Assembly: GCA_041752695.1 (NCBI GenBank)
Contig: JBGSVZ010000009.1
Span: 32,001 to 96,000 of the forward strand
Direction: 5' to 3'
DNA length: 64,000 nt
DNA from: Terrimicrobiaceae bacterium
Lineage (GTDB): Bacteria; Verrucomicrobiota; Verrucomicrobiia; Chthoniobacterales; Terrimicrobiaceae
Numbering within the stretch: position 1 is the first letter of the stretch; every line of letters begins with the position of its first letter. Both the position numbers and the translations under genes were made by a program. The notes beneath the pieces were generated by a model that was not told the DNA's origin, did not search any database, and worked only from the letters and a program-made list of their open reading frames with translations. Positions 1 through 10,182 of this stretch are shown here, in pieces.

Positions 1-836
1 TGATCCAGCAACAACTGCACGCCGAAATTGTTCATCGCGCTGCCGAAAAAGACCGGTGTCAACCGCCCCGCCCGAATCTCATCCAGGTTGAACTCCGCCC
101 CGGCTCCCTCCAACAGATCGATTTCGTCCCGAAAGGTCGCATAGACGTCCGGCGCCATCGCGTCGCGCACCAGGGCATCGTCCACCCCGCCCACCTGTTC
201 CGGCGCGCGATAAGCACCCTGCGGGGTTTTTTGGAAAAGATGCACTTCCTGAGCCTGACGGTCAAAAACGCCGCGGAATTCCGGCCCGTTGCCCAGCGGC
301 CAGTTGATCGGCAGGGCGTGGATGCCGAGCACGTTTTCCAACTCGTCCAGTAGATCGAGCGGCGGACGCGTCGGCCGGTCGAGTTTGTTCATGAAGGTGA
401 AAATCGGCACGCCCCGCTGACGACACACTTCAAACAGTTTGCGCGTCTGCGTTTCGATACCCTTGGCCGCATCAATCACCATCACCGCTGCATCCACCGC
501 CGTGAGCACCCGGTAGGTGTCCTCGGAAAAATCCTTGTGCCCCGGAGTATCGAGCAGATTGACCACGCAACCGCCATATTCGAATTGCAACACCGTCGAG
601 GACACGGAAATGCCGCGCTGACGCTCCAACTCCATCCAGTCGCTCGTCGTGGCCCGCTGGTCCTTGCGCGTCGTCACCATGCCCGCGAGCTGGAGCGCGC
701 CGCCGTAGAGCAGAAACTTCTCCGTGAGCGTGGTCTTTCCGGCGTCCGGGTGCGAAATGATAGCAAACGTCCGCCGCCGGGAAATTTCCTGGGCAGCCTT
801 GCCGGCATTCTCCGGCGGATTTTCTAAAACGGGCAT
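1..836 (-). CDS. prfC: Peptide chain release factor 3 (5' part; runs off the window start)
   Basis: Not in the ORF track. Manual translation from ATG at 836 gives MPVLENPPENAGKAAQEISRRRTFAIISHPDAGKTTLTEKFLLYGG...SDWMELERQRGISVSS...DTPGHKDF...FMNKLDR, the RF3 GTPase motifs. Confidence 0.95.
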   Translation of the reverse strand, partial: MPVLENPPENAGKAAQEISRRRTFAIISHPDAGKTTLTEKFLLYGGALQLAGMVTTRKDQRATTSDWMELERQRGISVSSTVLQFEYGGCVVNLLDTPGHKDFSEDTYRVLTAVDAAVMVIDAAKGIETQTRKLFEVCRQRGVPIFTFMNKLDRPTRPPLDLLDELENVLGIHALPINWPLGNGPEFRGVFDRQAQEVHLFQKTPQGAYRAPEQVGGVDDALVRDAMAPDVYATFRDEIDLLEGAGAEFNLDEIRAGRLTPVFFGSAMNNFGVQLLLD

Positions 837-890
837 CGGCCCTTTCTAACGTCCGGCCGGAGCGGCCGAAAGAAGGAAAATGCGGAAGAA

Positions 891-1358
891 CTACCCTTCC
901 TGCACGGTGGCGGCCACACCAAGCTCGCGGGCCAACCCGGCAAAGAGCCCGTGGTAGACATCGGCTAGAATCGCGCGGGCGTCGGCATCGGCCCCCTCCC
1001 GCGGCTGATAATAGCCGGTCACCAGCAAATGCGTCTGCCCCGCCCCCAATGCCTGGAGCTGCTGCGTGCAAAAATAATGCTCCCACGGGAAGCCATCCGG
1101 TTGCTCCATCGCATAGGATTGCCGGAACTGCTCGGGATGAAACCCAATCAGTACCTCCCTCGCCGAGCCGCCGCCGGTGAAGGTGAGTGAACGCACCGCC
1201 CCCACCCCATCTCCCTCCACCGCACTCGTCGCGACCATTTCCGGCAACAATCCCGGCAGGCCGTTAAAATCGGCCAGCAGCTTCCAGAGCGGAGCCGGAT
1301 CGGTGGAGTAGATCGCGTGGGTGGAATAGACACGCCAGGGGGGATGAGCGGTGGACAT
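891..1358 (-). CDS. SRPBCC/polyketide cyclase-like (START-fold) protein
   Basis: LWKLLADFNGLP...VEGDGVGAVRSLTF pattern; start moved to MSTAH because the longer ORF overlaps the RND gene. Confidence 0.75.
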   Translation of the reverse strand: MSTAHPPWRVYSTHAIYSTDPAPLWKLLADFNGLPGLLPEMVATSAVEGDGVGAVRSLTFTGGGSAREVLIGFHPEQFRQSYAMEQPDGFPWEHYFCTQQLQALGAGQTHLLVTGYYQPREGADADARAILADVYHGLFAGLARELGVAATVQEG

Positions 1359-1458
1359 CCCGCAAGTGTCAGACGAACCTGAGGGAAGCGCAATCCCCAA
1401 CCGGCGGTTTAGCGTTTTCCCTCCGCACCCGTCGTTTCCGCCGCTTTCTTTCGGAAGC

Positions 1459-4400
1459 TCAGGCCTTCTCCGCCGCGATCTCCCGGTCGACGGCCGCATC
1501 ATCTCCGCGTTTGAAGAAGGCGATTCTATCGAGGTGGCGTTCCTGGAATTTTTCCATGTACACGTAGAACACCGGCGTGCAAAAGAGGGTGAGAATTTGC
1601 GCGACAATCAGGCCACCCACAATGCAAAGCCCCATGGGCTGACGCGAAGAGCCATCCGCGCCAAAACCCAACGCCATCGGCAAAGCGCCGAAGATCGCCG
1701 CAAAGGTGGTCATAAGGATCGGGCGGACGCGTTCGATGGCGGCCTCCACGGCGGCGGCCTCAATGCCCAGGCCCTCCCGGCGGCGTTGAATGGCAAAGTC
1801 CACCAGCATGATGCCGTTTTTCTTGATCAGGCCGAGGAGCAGAAAGAGGCCGATGAAACCGTAGAGGTCGAGGGTCATGCCAAAGAGCTGCAAAGTGGCC
1901 AGCCCGCCCAGGCTGGCGACCGGCAGGGTGGAGAGGACGGTGATCGGGTGGATGTAACTTTCGTAAAGAACACCTAAGATGAGATACATCACAAAAATCG
2001 CAATGATGAGCAGGGCGACCATGGCTTGCACGGTCTGGATAAATTGCTGACTCGTCCCCGCCGGCGCTCCCGCCACGGTGGGCGGGAGGATTTCCTGCGC
2101 AGCCTGGGTGATCGCGGCCGTGGCTTCGCTGGCGGGATAGTCCGGGGCCAGATTGTAAAAGAGGGTCACCGAGGTGATCTGGTTGATGTGACTAATGGAT
2201 TCCGGCCCGGTTTTTGTTTTGGGCCGGACCAGGGAGCCGAGCGGCACCAGGGCGTTGTCGGTGTTGCGCACCCACAGGAGGTTGAGGTCGGCCAGGGTCG
2301 CGCGCTGCTTGTCGAGGAGTTCGAGAATCACCCAATAAACGTTTAAGGGCGTCTGGATCTGTCCTGCCTGACCCTGGGAAAACGCCGCCGCCAGCGTGTT
2401 CTCGATGTCGGCCACGTTGACCCCGTAGCTGTAGGCCTGGTCGCGGAGGATCTCGAGTTCCTGAAACGGCGTGTTCATCCGCATGTCGCTGGAGACCTGG
2501 GCAAAGCCTTTGATTTTTTGCAGATGGGCGACGAGTTGCTCGGCGGTTTTGTACAGCAGGTCGGGGTCCGTGCTGGTGAGCTGAAAAGCGTACTGGCCCT
2601 GCATGTTGGAGGTGGCCCCGGTGTCGATTTCCAAGGTGGGATAAGGCTGGATCAGCGGGGTGACTCCGGGCACTTCCGCGCGGACTTTGGCGGTGACACG
2701 TTCCGACACCTCCGCGATGGGCGAACGGGAGCCGACCGGTTTCAGGAGCAACACCGTAAGGCCCATCGAGGTGGTAATCTGGCTGTTCTGCAGGCCGGTG
2801 ACGGTAATGGCCTGGTCCACCGCAGGATCGGCTTGGAAGATCGCCTGGAGTTGCTTTTGATAGGCCTGCATCTGCGCCGGCGAACTGCCTTCGGCCGCCA
2901 GAAAGACACCGCGAATCATGCCACTATCCCCAATGGGGAGGAACCCCTTAGGCACGATGAAGAAAAGCCAGATCGTGCCGGCCAGCGAAAGCACCCATAC
3001 GGCGAACGCCAGAAAATGGCGCGCCATCACCCAATCGAGCGCGGATTTATAGCGGGCTTTAAATCCGTCAAACGCCCGGTCAAAACGCTCCTGGTACGCG
3101 TTCTTTTTTTCCGTCTTTTTCAGCAACCGCGCGCAGACCATGGGCGAGACGACAATGGCAATGACGCCGGACAAAACGATGGCCACCACAATGGTGATGG
3201 CCATCTCGTTGAACATCCGCCCGATCAGACCCGGCATAAAAATAATCGGGATGAAAATCGCGGAGAGCGACAGCGTCATCGACAGCACGGTGAAGCTGAT
3301 TTCCTTCGCGCCGAGGAGGGCGGCGAGGGTGGGAGGTTTGCCGGCATCGAGGTGGCGGACGGTGTTTTCCAGCACGACGACGGCATCGTCCACCAGCAGG
3401 CCCACCGCCAGAGTGAGGGCCATCAGGGAAAGGTTATCCAGGCTGTAGCCCAGCATGAACATGACGGCAAACGTGCCCAGCAGCGCCAGGGGCAGGGCGA
3501 TCACCGGCACCACGGTCTCGCGCACGCGGCCGAGGAACAGGAAAACCACCAGAACGACCAGCGCGAAGGCGATCAGAATGGTCAGTTTGACGTCGTCGAT
3601 GCTCTCGACGATCTGCACCGAACGATCGTAGTTCACGTACGACTCGATAGACGCAGGGAGTGAACTCTGGAGCTTGGCCAGAGTCGCATGCACCGACTCA
3701 GCCACCTGCACGTCGTTGGCTCCCGGTGCGGGAGTCACGGCCACGACCAGAGTGGACGCCATCTGTTTTTCCCAACTGGTCCAGAAGTCAATATTGAGAT
3801 ACTGACTCTGCAGGCCGTCCACCGGATGAGCGACATCGCGCAGCCGAACGGGAGCATTTTTCTCGTAGCGAAGGATGATGTCGTTGTAGTCCTTCGCCTC
3901 CAGAAGCTGCCCCTTGGGATTGATAATGTATTGCAGCGAATTGCCGTAAATCTGGCCCCCGGGGGTGAAGACGTTGGCATTTTTCACGGCATTGGCCACG
4001 TCGAGCACGGTGAGCCCGCGGGCGGACAGCGCGTTGGCATCCATCTTGATATTCACCGCACGCGCCGAGCCATAGACGCTGGCGTTGGACACGCCCTCCA
4101 GCATCATCATGCGCTGCGCGACCATGTTGTTCGCGTAGTCGTAAAGGTCGCCCATCGTCAGCGTGTCCGAGGCCAGGGTGATATAGACGATGGGCTGCGT
4201 GTTCGGATTGGTGGTTTCGAAACTGGGCGGGGCGGGAAGATCGGCCGGCAGGTTGCCCTGGGCCCGCTGGATCGCCGCCTCGACCTCCGCCTCGGCTTGG
4301 CCCATGTCCTTATCCAAAACGAACTGCAGAATAATATTGCTCGTGCCCTCCTGGTTTTTGGAGGTGATCAGATTAAGCCCCTCAATTTGCATCATCTGAA

Positions 4401-4605
4401 TCTCCAGCGGCGTGGAAACATTGTTCGCCATGATCTGCGGACTGGCCCCGGGATAACTCGTGGTCACCGAAATCACCGGATAGGCGACGTCCGGCAAATC
4501 ACTGACCGGCAGGTGAAAATACGCCACCGCCCCAAAGATCGCCATGGCAAACGCGCACAGCGTGGTCATCACCGGCTTGCGGATAAATGGCTCGGAGAGG
4601 TTCAT
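1459..4605 (-). CDS. RND efflux transporter permease (AcrB/MdtBC-like)
   Basis: 1048 aa; MNLSEPFIRKPV start, GLLVDDAVVVLEN, KNGIMLVDFA and RVRPILMTT motifs. Confidence 0.95.
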   Translation of the reverse strand: MNLSEPFIRKPVMTTLCAFAMAIFGAVAYFHLPVSDLPDVAYPVISVTTSYPGASPQIMANNVSTPLEIQMMQIEGLNLITSKNQEGTSNIILQFVLDKDMGQAEAEVEAAIQRAQGNLPADLPAPPSFETTNPNTQPIVYITLASDTLTMGDLYDYANNMVAQRMMMLEGVSNASVYGSARAVNIKMDANALSARGLTVLDVANAVKNANVFTPGGQIYGNSLQYIINPKGQLLEAKDYNDIILRYEKNAPVRLRDVAHPVDGLQSQYLNIDFWTSWEKQMASTLVVAVTPAPGANDVQVAESVHATLAKLQSSLPASIESYVNYDRSVQIVESIDDVKLTILIAFALVVLVVFLFLGRVRETVVPVIALPLALLGTFAVMFMLGYSLDNLSLMALTLAVGLLVDDAVVVLENTVRHLDAGKPPTLAALLGAKEISFTVLSMTLSLSAIFIPIIFMPGLIGRMFNEMAITIVVAIVLSGVIAIVVSPMVCARLLKKTEKKNAYQERFDRAFDGFKARYKSALDWVMARHFLAFAVWVLSLAGTIWLFFIVPKGFLPIGDSGMIRGVFLAAEGSSPAQMQAYQKQLQAIFQADPAVDQAITVTGLQNSQITTSMGLTVLLLKPVGSRSPIAEVSERVTAKVRAEVPGVTPLIQPYPTLEIDTGATSNMQGQYAFQLTSTDPDLLYKTAEQLVAHLQKIKGFAQVSSDMRMNTPFQELEILRDQAYSYGVNVADIENTLAAAFSQGQAGQIQTPLNVYWVILELLDKQRATLADLNLLWVRNTDNALVPLGSLVRPKTKTGPESISHINQITSVTLFYNLAPDYPASEATAAITQAAQEILPPTVAGAPAGTSQQFIQTVQAMVALLIIAIFVMYLILGVLYESYIHPITVLSTLPVASLGGLATLQLFGMTLDLYGFIGLFLLLGLIKKNGIMLVDFAIQRRREGLGIEAAAVEAAIERVRPILMTTFAAIFGALPMALGFGADGSSRQPMGLCIVGGLIVAQILTLFCTPVFYVYMEKFQERHLDRIAFFKRGDDAAVDREIAAEKA

Positions 4606-4667
4606 TGGGGAAAGACGCGGAGACGGGGCTGCAACGAGCCTTGCGAGGTCAGACTTTCAAAGGGGGT

Positions 4668-4714
4668 GACACGGAGAAATTCCCCTCGCCGCCGCCTCTC
4701 CTTCTCTCCGTGTC
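4668..4714. repeat. Intergenic inverted repeat GACACGGAGA...TCTCCGTGTC between adaptor and permease genes
   Basis: 10-bp arms read directly; a related unit GACGCGGAGA lies near 4615. Confidence 0.55.
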
Positions 4715-4717
4715 TCC

Positions 4718-5830
4718 TCATTTCTGGACCGGTGCCTTCCAGGCGGAAGGGTTCACCTTCGTGCCGGTGTTGAGCCCGAGTTGGCCGGCGGTAACCACCC
4801 GGTCGTTGACGGCAAGACCATCGGAAATGACGGTGACATCACCCTGACGCTGACCCTGCGTGACGTTGCGCTGGGTGACCGTATTGTCGGGGTTCACGAC
4901 AAAAACATAAGGCCCCTGTTGCCCAATCATCACGCACGGAGAGGGAATGACGATGGAGTTTTCCAGAGTGGCAAGAATGAGGCGCACATTGACGAACAGG
5001 CCCGGCCAGAGCCGGGTGTCCTCGTTGGGCAAAGTGGCTTCCAAAGTCAGGGTCCCGGTGGAACTCGCGATGTCGTTGTTGATAAAGGTCAACTTGCCCG
5101 GGATCACGCTGCCGTCGGCCGCCCCGGGAATCGTGACCTCCACCGGCAGCTCCCCTCCTTTGGCAAAATACTGGCGAACATCGTCGAAGTCGTTTTCCGA
5201 GATGGTGAAATTTACGTAGATCGGACTGATCGTCTGAACATTGATGATCTGGGTATTGTTGGCGGTGACCAGATTGCCCGCATCGACCAGATAGAGTCCC
5301 ACCTTGCCATCGATGGGGGACGTGATCGTACAATACCCGAGATTAATTTTCGCATCGGCCAGTTGGCCTTCGGCGGTCAGCACCGCGCCCTGGGCCTGGA
5401 GTTGATTGGCTTCCGCGTTTTGCAGATCCGCGAGGTCGATGGTTTTGGTTTTGAAGAGGGCCTGCTGACGCTGGAGCGTCACCTCGGCATTGGCCAGTTG
5501 CGCTTTGGCGGAATCCAGACTGCCCTGCGCCTCCTGCACCGCAGCCTCGTAAGGGCGCGGATCGATCTGCGCGATCAGGTCGCCGGCCTTGACCATGGCT
5601 CCCTGCGCCACGGCGTATTTGAGCAAAGTCCCCGTGACCTGCGCCTGTAGGGTGACATTGGCAATGGAGTCGCAGTTGCCGAACGTCGAAATGGTGAGAG
5701 GCATCGTCCTGGCCTCAGCCGTGGCAAACGTCACCGGAGGCGGCGGCAGCGCGTCAGACGCCACTTTTTTCTGGCAGGAAACCAACCCGGCCAGCGTGAT
5801 TCCCAAAATAAAGACCCCCGCGCGTTTCAT
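4718..5830 (-). CDS. RND periplasmic adaptor (membrane fusion protein), lipoprotein
   Basis: MKRAGVFILGITLAGLVSC lipobox; GAMVKAGDLIAQIDPRPY and ITSPIDG lipoyl-like halves; LWPGLFVNV. Confidence 0.92.
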   Translation of the reverse strand: MKRAGVFILGITLAGLVSCQKKVASDALPPPPVTFATAEARTMPLTISTFGNCDSIANVTLQAQVTGTLLKYAVAQGAMVKAGDLIAQIDPRPYEAAVQEAQGSLDSAKAQLANAEVTLQRQQALFKTKTIDLADLQNAEANQLQAQGAVLTAEGQLADAKINLGYCTITSPIDGKVGLYLVDAGNLVTANNTQIINVQTISPIYVNFTISENDFDDVRQYFAKGGELPVEVTIPGAADGSVIPGKLTFINNDIASSTGTLTLEATLPNEDTRLWPGLFVNVRLILATLENSIVIPSPCVMIGQQGPYVFVVNPDNTVTQRNVTQGQRQGDVTVISDGLAVNDRVVTAGQLGLNTGTKVNPSAWKAPVQK

Positions 5831-6086
5831 CCGCCCCGGTAGGTAAATGGAGGAAAGCAGGGTGTCAATCTTCGGTGCCCTCCAGAGGCACACAGGAGCC
5901 AGGAGAGAGTTGCTCCCGGGCCAATTCACACTCGGTGAAGCAATACGATGCAGAGGCACGGGTCCAACACTTTGGCTGTCGCCAGCAACCCAGGGTCTTC
6001 GTTCAGCTCCCATTACGGGCAAGAGAAGGGGGGTCAGGCAGGCGCGAACCACTGCCAATCCTCAGGGTCGTATGAGGATTTTCGGG

Positions 6087-6245
6087 TCATCCCCCTTTCG
6101 GGCTCTTCAGCTTTTGTGTCCGGCAGCGGTCGCTGCAAAACCGGACCTCGTCCCAGACGCGTTCCCATTTTTTCCGCCACGAGAACGTGCGTCGGCAGGT
6201 GGCGCAAAGCTTTTCTGGCAGGTGCTGTTTTTTAACGCCCCTCAT
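6087..6245 (-). CDS. DUF2256-type small Cys-rich protein (52 aa)
   Basis: [34 protein letters not shown] is the family signature. Confidence 0.85.
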   Translation of the reverse strand: MRGVKKQHLPEKLCATCRRTFSWRKKWERVWDEVRFCSDRCRTQKLKSPKGG

Positions 6246-6668
6246 GAATGGTCCGCGAGAACGAAGCCTGATGTCGGGATGCGGAAAGGGTGCGCCATAG
6301 CTCGTTGTCTTAAACGAATCTGGGATCATCTTGTCAATAAACCAAGCCTGACAACTCCGCACTTTGTCAGCGCTCAACGAGTCCGCAAGGGTCCCACGTG
6401 AGTGGTGCGCGTTCGCCGAATGCATGACTAAGGGGCTCGCCGGGGTTTACGGGAGAAGCTTGCCCAAATGAATGGACCGACCCCTCCCCCCCGGGTAGAT
6501 ATATATATTATAGAACAGACCCGACCGGACTCTCATCTTACCGGTTTTTGTGTATCCGATGCCCTCGGTTTGCACCCCCCCACGACCCTCCCGACCACGA
6601 TTGGCGGTCACCTGTCCCCATCTCCAGCAGCGAGCACCGGGAGAACAAACCGTAGAAAGATCTCCCTC

Positions 6669-8711
6669 CTACTTCGCGGGCTCAATAACCACCCAGGCCG
6701 CCCGGGAGGTCACGTGGACGGGGACGCGAAGGACGCCATTTTCCCGGGCGTATCCCACGCCACGGGGACGGTCTTCGTGCAGGTCATACAAGGTCACTCC
6801 CGCAGGCTCAAAGCCCTCGGGCAGACGCAGACTCATCTCACTGTCGAAATTGGTTTCGGTCTTCATCAACTGGTTCATCCGCCAGAACGGTACGACCAAA
6901 GCTCCATCACTGGCGCGGAGCCAGACGTAGCGCTTGATCAAATCGGAACCATTGCTGAATTCCGGTGTGATTTCCTTGGCGCGGCTGAAATCCGCGTTGT
7001 TCGCGAAAAACTCATTCACGCGGCGAACCGCCGTCCAGGCCGGACGCGGACGACTGGCATTGGGGACCACGATGCCGAAGTTGCTTTCGTAGTGGTTGTC
7101 TTTGATTTCGTCCTGTTTGAGATCATACCAAAACACGGCTTCCAGAGGCACTCCATCTAGACGGACGCCCAGCAGCACCAGCCAGAGACGGGAAATGTAA
7201 TCCGCTTGGCGTTCTTCCGAAGTCACGCTGCTGTAGCCTTGATGCGACACGGAGTATCCGATCTCCGTAAGGTAGAGCGGTAGGCGTTTGCCACCCGGAG
7301 TGTGTTTCGCCGCCAGATCGAGCCATCCACGGATTTCTTTTTCAAAACCATCCGGATCGGTCGCCGACTCCAGGACCTCGCCGCTTTCGGGCGCCGCCTC
7401 ACCGCGATACGGATGCGCACTCACCCCATCGACAAACTCCAGCAGCCCAAGTCGGAAAACTTCCTCGGCATATTTGGTGGCGATTTCCTTCGGACCTTTC
7501 AGCAATTCCTTCAGATCTTCGTGCTGCCACGCACCGCCCCAGCCGGAAAACGATCCGGCCACAATCACCGTCTCCGGCGACACCGCCCTCACCCCAGCGG
7601 CAAAGGCCCGCGCCGCATCGACAAACTCCTGCGGCGTGAATTTCCAAAACCCTTTCAGATTGGGTTCGTTATGGAGCTCCACCGCCTGCACGGCAGAAAA
7701 GCGCTTGCCGAGTTCGCCGATCCACTTGGCATAGTCCTCAAACCCCTCCGCATCGCGACCGGCGCCAAACATTGGCCCGAGCAACACTTTTACGCCCCGA
7801 TCCTGATAGCGCTGCAAGTATTCTTCGACGCGCTTCCTGTTGGCGATTCCCACGGAGGCACCCGGCCCCGTGATTTTGAATAATCCCATGTAGAGGGTCT
7901 CACGCACCCAGTTGAAGTTAGCCTCCACCAACCATGGCAAGGTGCGAGACGGACGCCAATGGTCGTTGAAACGCTCCTTGTTATCCGTCATGAAAGCATT
8001 GGTGTGAACGAGATGACCACACACCCCGAAAAGTGAGTCGCCAGTGACGCGCACGCCGGCGGGCAAGGGGCGGGGCAGCCAGGTGACCGGCTTGAATTGT
8101 TCAGGTTGGGCAGCGACCCGCTTGGCCTGCGCCGCGGTCAGATCTTCCGCCGTGGCTGGCTCGGTCGTGAACGTCACTTCAGAAAGCACCACCTGATGGC
8201 GACCTGCGACAAAGACCGTACGCAGGCGGTCCGCGACGACGCCTTCGTCGGGAAAAGTGAAACTGACCTCTTGCAATGGACCTTCCACGAAGGGGATCTC
8301 CTGTTCGAAGTCCGGTGCGGCGAGAAACTCCGTGCCTTTACCGCCCGCCGCATAGAGCCGCACGGCCGACGCGTGGGAGCTGTCGCTGCTCGGGTTGGGG
8401 TGTTTGATCGTCACCTGCATCGCCTTCACCCGCACCGGACCGGAAAACGTCCAGTCGATCGGCATATCCTTGGCTCCCCACTTGCTCCAGACGGCCTGTT
8501 TGCCCGTGGTGTCCACCGCAGTAACGCCGTCATTAAGTTTGTTGCTCTGCGGATCCGTCTTCACCACATGGTCGAGACCGGCTTGCGGGGGATACGAGTA
8601 GGTTGGGCGGGCGGACGGGACGGACTCCGCCGAGGCCGGACCACGAAAGGCAAAGCACAAGGCAAGGGAGAGCAATGGGCGGGAACGAAGGAACGAACGG
8701 GTGATATGCAT
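6669..8711 (-). CDS. Secreted clan GH-A glycoside hydrolase (GH5/GH39-like) with N-terminal discoidin/CBM-like domain
   Basis: Signal peptide; ELHNEPN acid/base motif, VSAHPY, LYLTEIGYS nucleophile, FWYDL...NFGIV. Confidence 0.8.
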   Translation of the reverse strand: MHITRSFLRSRPLLSLALCFAFRGPASAESVPSARPTYSYPPQAGLDHVVKTDPQSNKLNDGVTAVDTTGKQAVWSKWGAKDMPIDWTFSGPVRVKAMQVTIKHPNPSSDSSHASAVRLYAAGGKGTEFLAAPDFEQEIPFVEGPLQEVSFTFPDEGVVADRLRTVFVAGRHQVVLSEVTFTTEPATAEDLTAAQAKRVAAQPEQFKPVTWLPRPLPAGVRVTGDSLFGVCGHLVHTNAFMTDNKERFNDHWRPSRTLPWLVEANFNWVRETLYMGLFKITGPGASVGIANRKRVEEYLQRYQDRGVKVLLGPMFGAGRDAEGFEDYAKWIGELGKRFSAVQAVELHNEPNLKGFWKFTPQEFVDAARAFAAGVRAVSPETVIVAGSFSGWGGAWQHEDLKELLKGPKEIATKYAEEVFRLGLLEFVDGVSAHPYRGEAAPESGEVLESATDPDGFEKEIRGWLDLAAKHTPGGKRLPLYLTEIGYSVSHQGYSSVTSEERQADYISRLWLVLLGVRLDGVPLEAVFWYDLKQDEIKDNHYESNFGIVVPNASRPRPAWTAVRRVNEFFANNADFSRAKEITPEFSNGSDLIKRYVWLRASDGALVVPFWRMNQLMKTETNFDSEMSLRLPEGFEPAGVTLYDLHEDRPRGVGYARENGVLRVPVHVTSRAAWVVIEPAK

Positions 8712-8819
8712 GACGAGACTATTTGTGATTAGGAAATGGACTGACGAACGGTTGTGCGAGCTTCCCAAGGGCAAAACGGATCACGTCTTGGCCGCGTGAA
8801 AATCAAATGAGCGGAGCAG

Positions 8820-10148
8820 TCAGGGGGAACGCTTATAGGAAAGCACCCCGGTCGCTTCGGAAAATGTGAGTCCCTTGCCGTTGGTCCAGACATCGTCCGC
8901 CTGGGTAAATCCGGCAACGACAAATGTTGGGCCGAACGTCCTGTTTGCATTCGCGACCAGCGGCCACGAAGTACCGTCGACGAGCGAAGCTTCCGGGACA
9001 TTGATCTGAAAAGCTCCATGGAGAACGACAGCACCGGAGCCGGAAATCTGATTGGCCGCAGAGGGGCCGCTGACGGTGAAGATCAGGGAACCGGCTTCCG
9101 TGAGGGTGACGACGCCGGACTTCACCACGAGATTGCCGGAGAACGTGTTGGCGCCGGCGAGTGCAAGTTCGCCTTTTCCCTCTTTGAAGAGCGCGCCGGT
9201 CCCAGATATCATACCGGCAAGGGTCGTCAGTTTACCGGCGGCAGCTAGGGAAAGCGGGTCATTGAGAGTGATCGCACCACTAAGCACGCCGGCGACCTTG
9301 CTGGAGACCAGGGTCTTGGCGCCACTGCTGCCGGAGCGGACCGTCAGGTCATTGGGAAATGCGGCGGAATTGACCATAAGGGTTGCAGCAGAGGCCCCGG
9401 CGGTGTCCCCGAGCAGAATCTCTCCGGTATTGCTGGTGCCGCTGGTGGCCAACTTACCCCGGTTGACCGTTGTGCCGCCGGAGTAGGTGCTGAAACCCAT
9501 CACCACCACTCCCGACCCAGCCGAGTCAATCACCAGCGAAAGCGGATCGTCGAGGCTGTCGCTGATGCTCAACGGCAGGGCAATGTTCCCCGCACCGGCC
9601 GCGTTGAGGGACAGAACCACCGGACCGGTCCTCACTTGACTGGTGATATTACGGACACTCAGAAGGCTGGCGGAATGGTTTGTCCACGTCTGCGACGCTG
9701 CCAGGCGTACGCTCAACGTGTTGACATTGATGCCAAAGGAAACGTTACCCGAAGTTGCGCTGACCGTGATTCCCCCGCCTCCCAAAATAATATTACGATT
9801 GGCATCCTGGGCAAAAATCGTGGAGCCACTCGTATTAAAGGTGAAGGAATTCGCGGAAAAATTAGCGTCGATACTTACGGTTCCCCCGACCGAATTGGCA
9901 GGACTGGTGTTAAACACCAGGTCGTCATCCGGAGTGTTCGGAGCAATGGTGGCGACCTGGGTGCCGGCAAGATCGGTGAACCAATTTCCCGCCGATGCCA
10001 TGGTGCCTTCATACGTCGTGCCCGAGGAATACGCGGTCTGGCCCCAATAGACTGGGGCGGTAAAACCCGTGGACATGCCCGCGGCCAGCGACATCAGCGC
10101 ACAAAGCGCCGGATTCCGGAGCGCACGGGATTTGAGGGCGGGACGCAT
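8820..10148 (-). CDS. Secreted protein with autotransporter-associated beta-strand repeats, no PEP-CTERM
   Basis: STYSGGTTVNRGKL and KEGKGELALAGANTFSGNL repeats; colinear paralog of the next gene. Confidence 0.8.
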   Translation of the reverse strand: MRPALKSRALRNPALCALMSLAAGMSTGFTAPVYWGQTAYSSGTTYEGTMASAGNWFTDLAGTQVATIAPNTPDDDLVFNTSPANSVGGTVSIDANFSANSFTFNTSGSTIFAQDANRNIILGGGGITVSATSGNVSFGINVNTLSVRLAASQTWTNHSASLLSVRNITSQVRTGPVVLSLNAAGAGNIALPLSISDSLDDPLSLVIDSAGSGVVVMGFSTYSGGTTVNRGKLATSGTSNTGEILLGDTAGASAATLMVNSAAFPNDLTVRSGSSGAKTLVSSKVAGVLSGAITLNDPLSLAAAGKLTTLAGMISGTGALFKEGKGELALAGANTFSGNLVVKSGVVTLTEAGSLIFTVSGPSAANQISGSGAVVLHGAFQINVPEASLVDGTSWPLVANANRTFGPTFVVAGFTQADDVWTNGKGLTFSEATGVLSYKRSP

Positions 10149-10182
10149 CGATCGGGCCTTGCTCGCCAGTTCTGCTCAGGCT

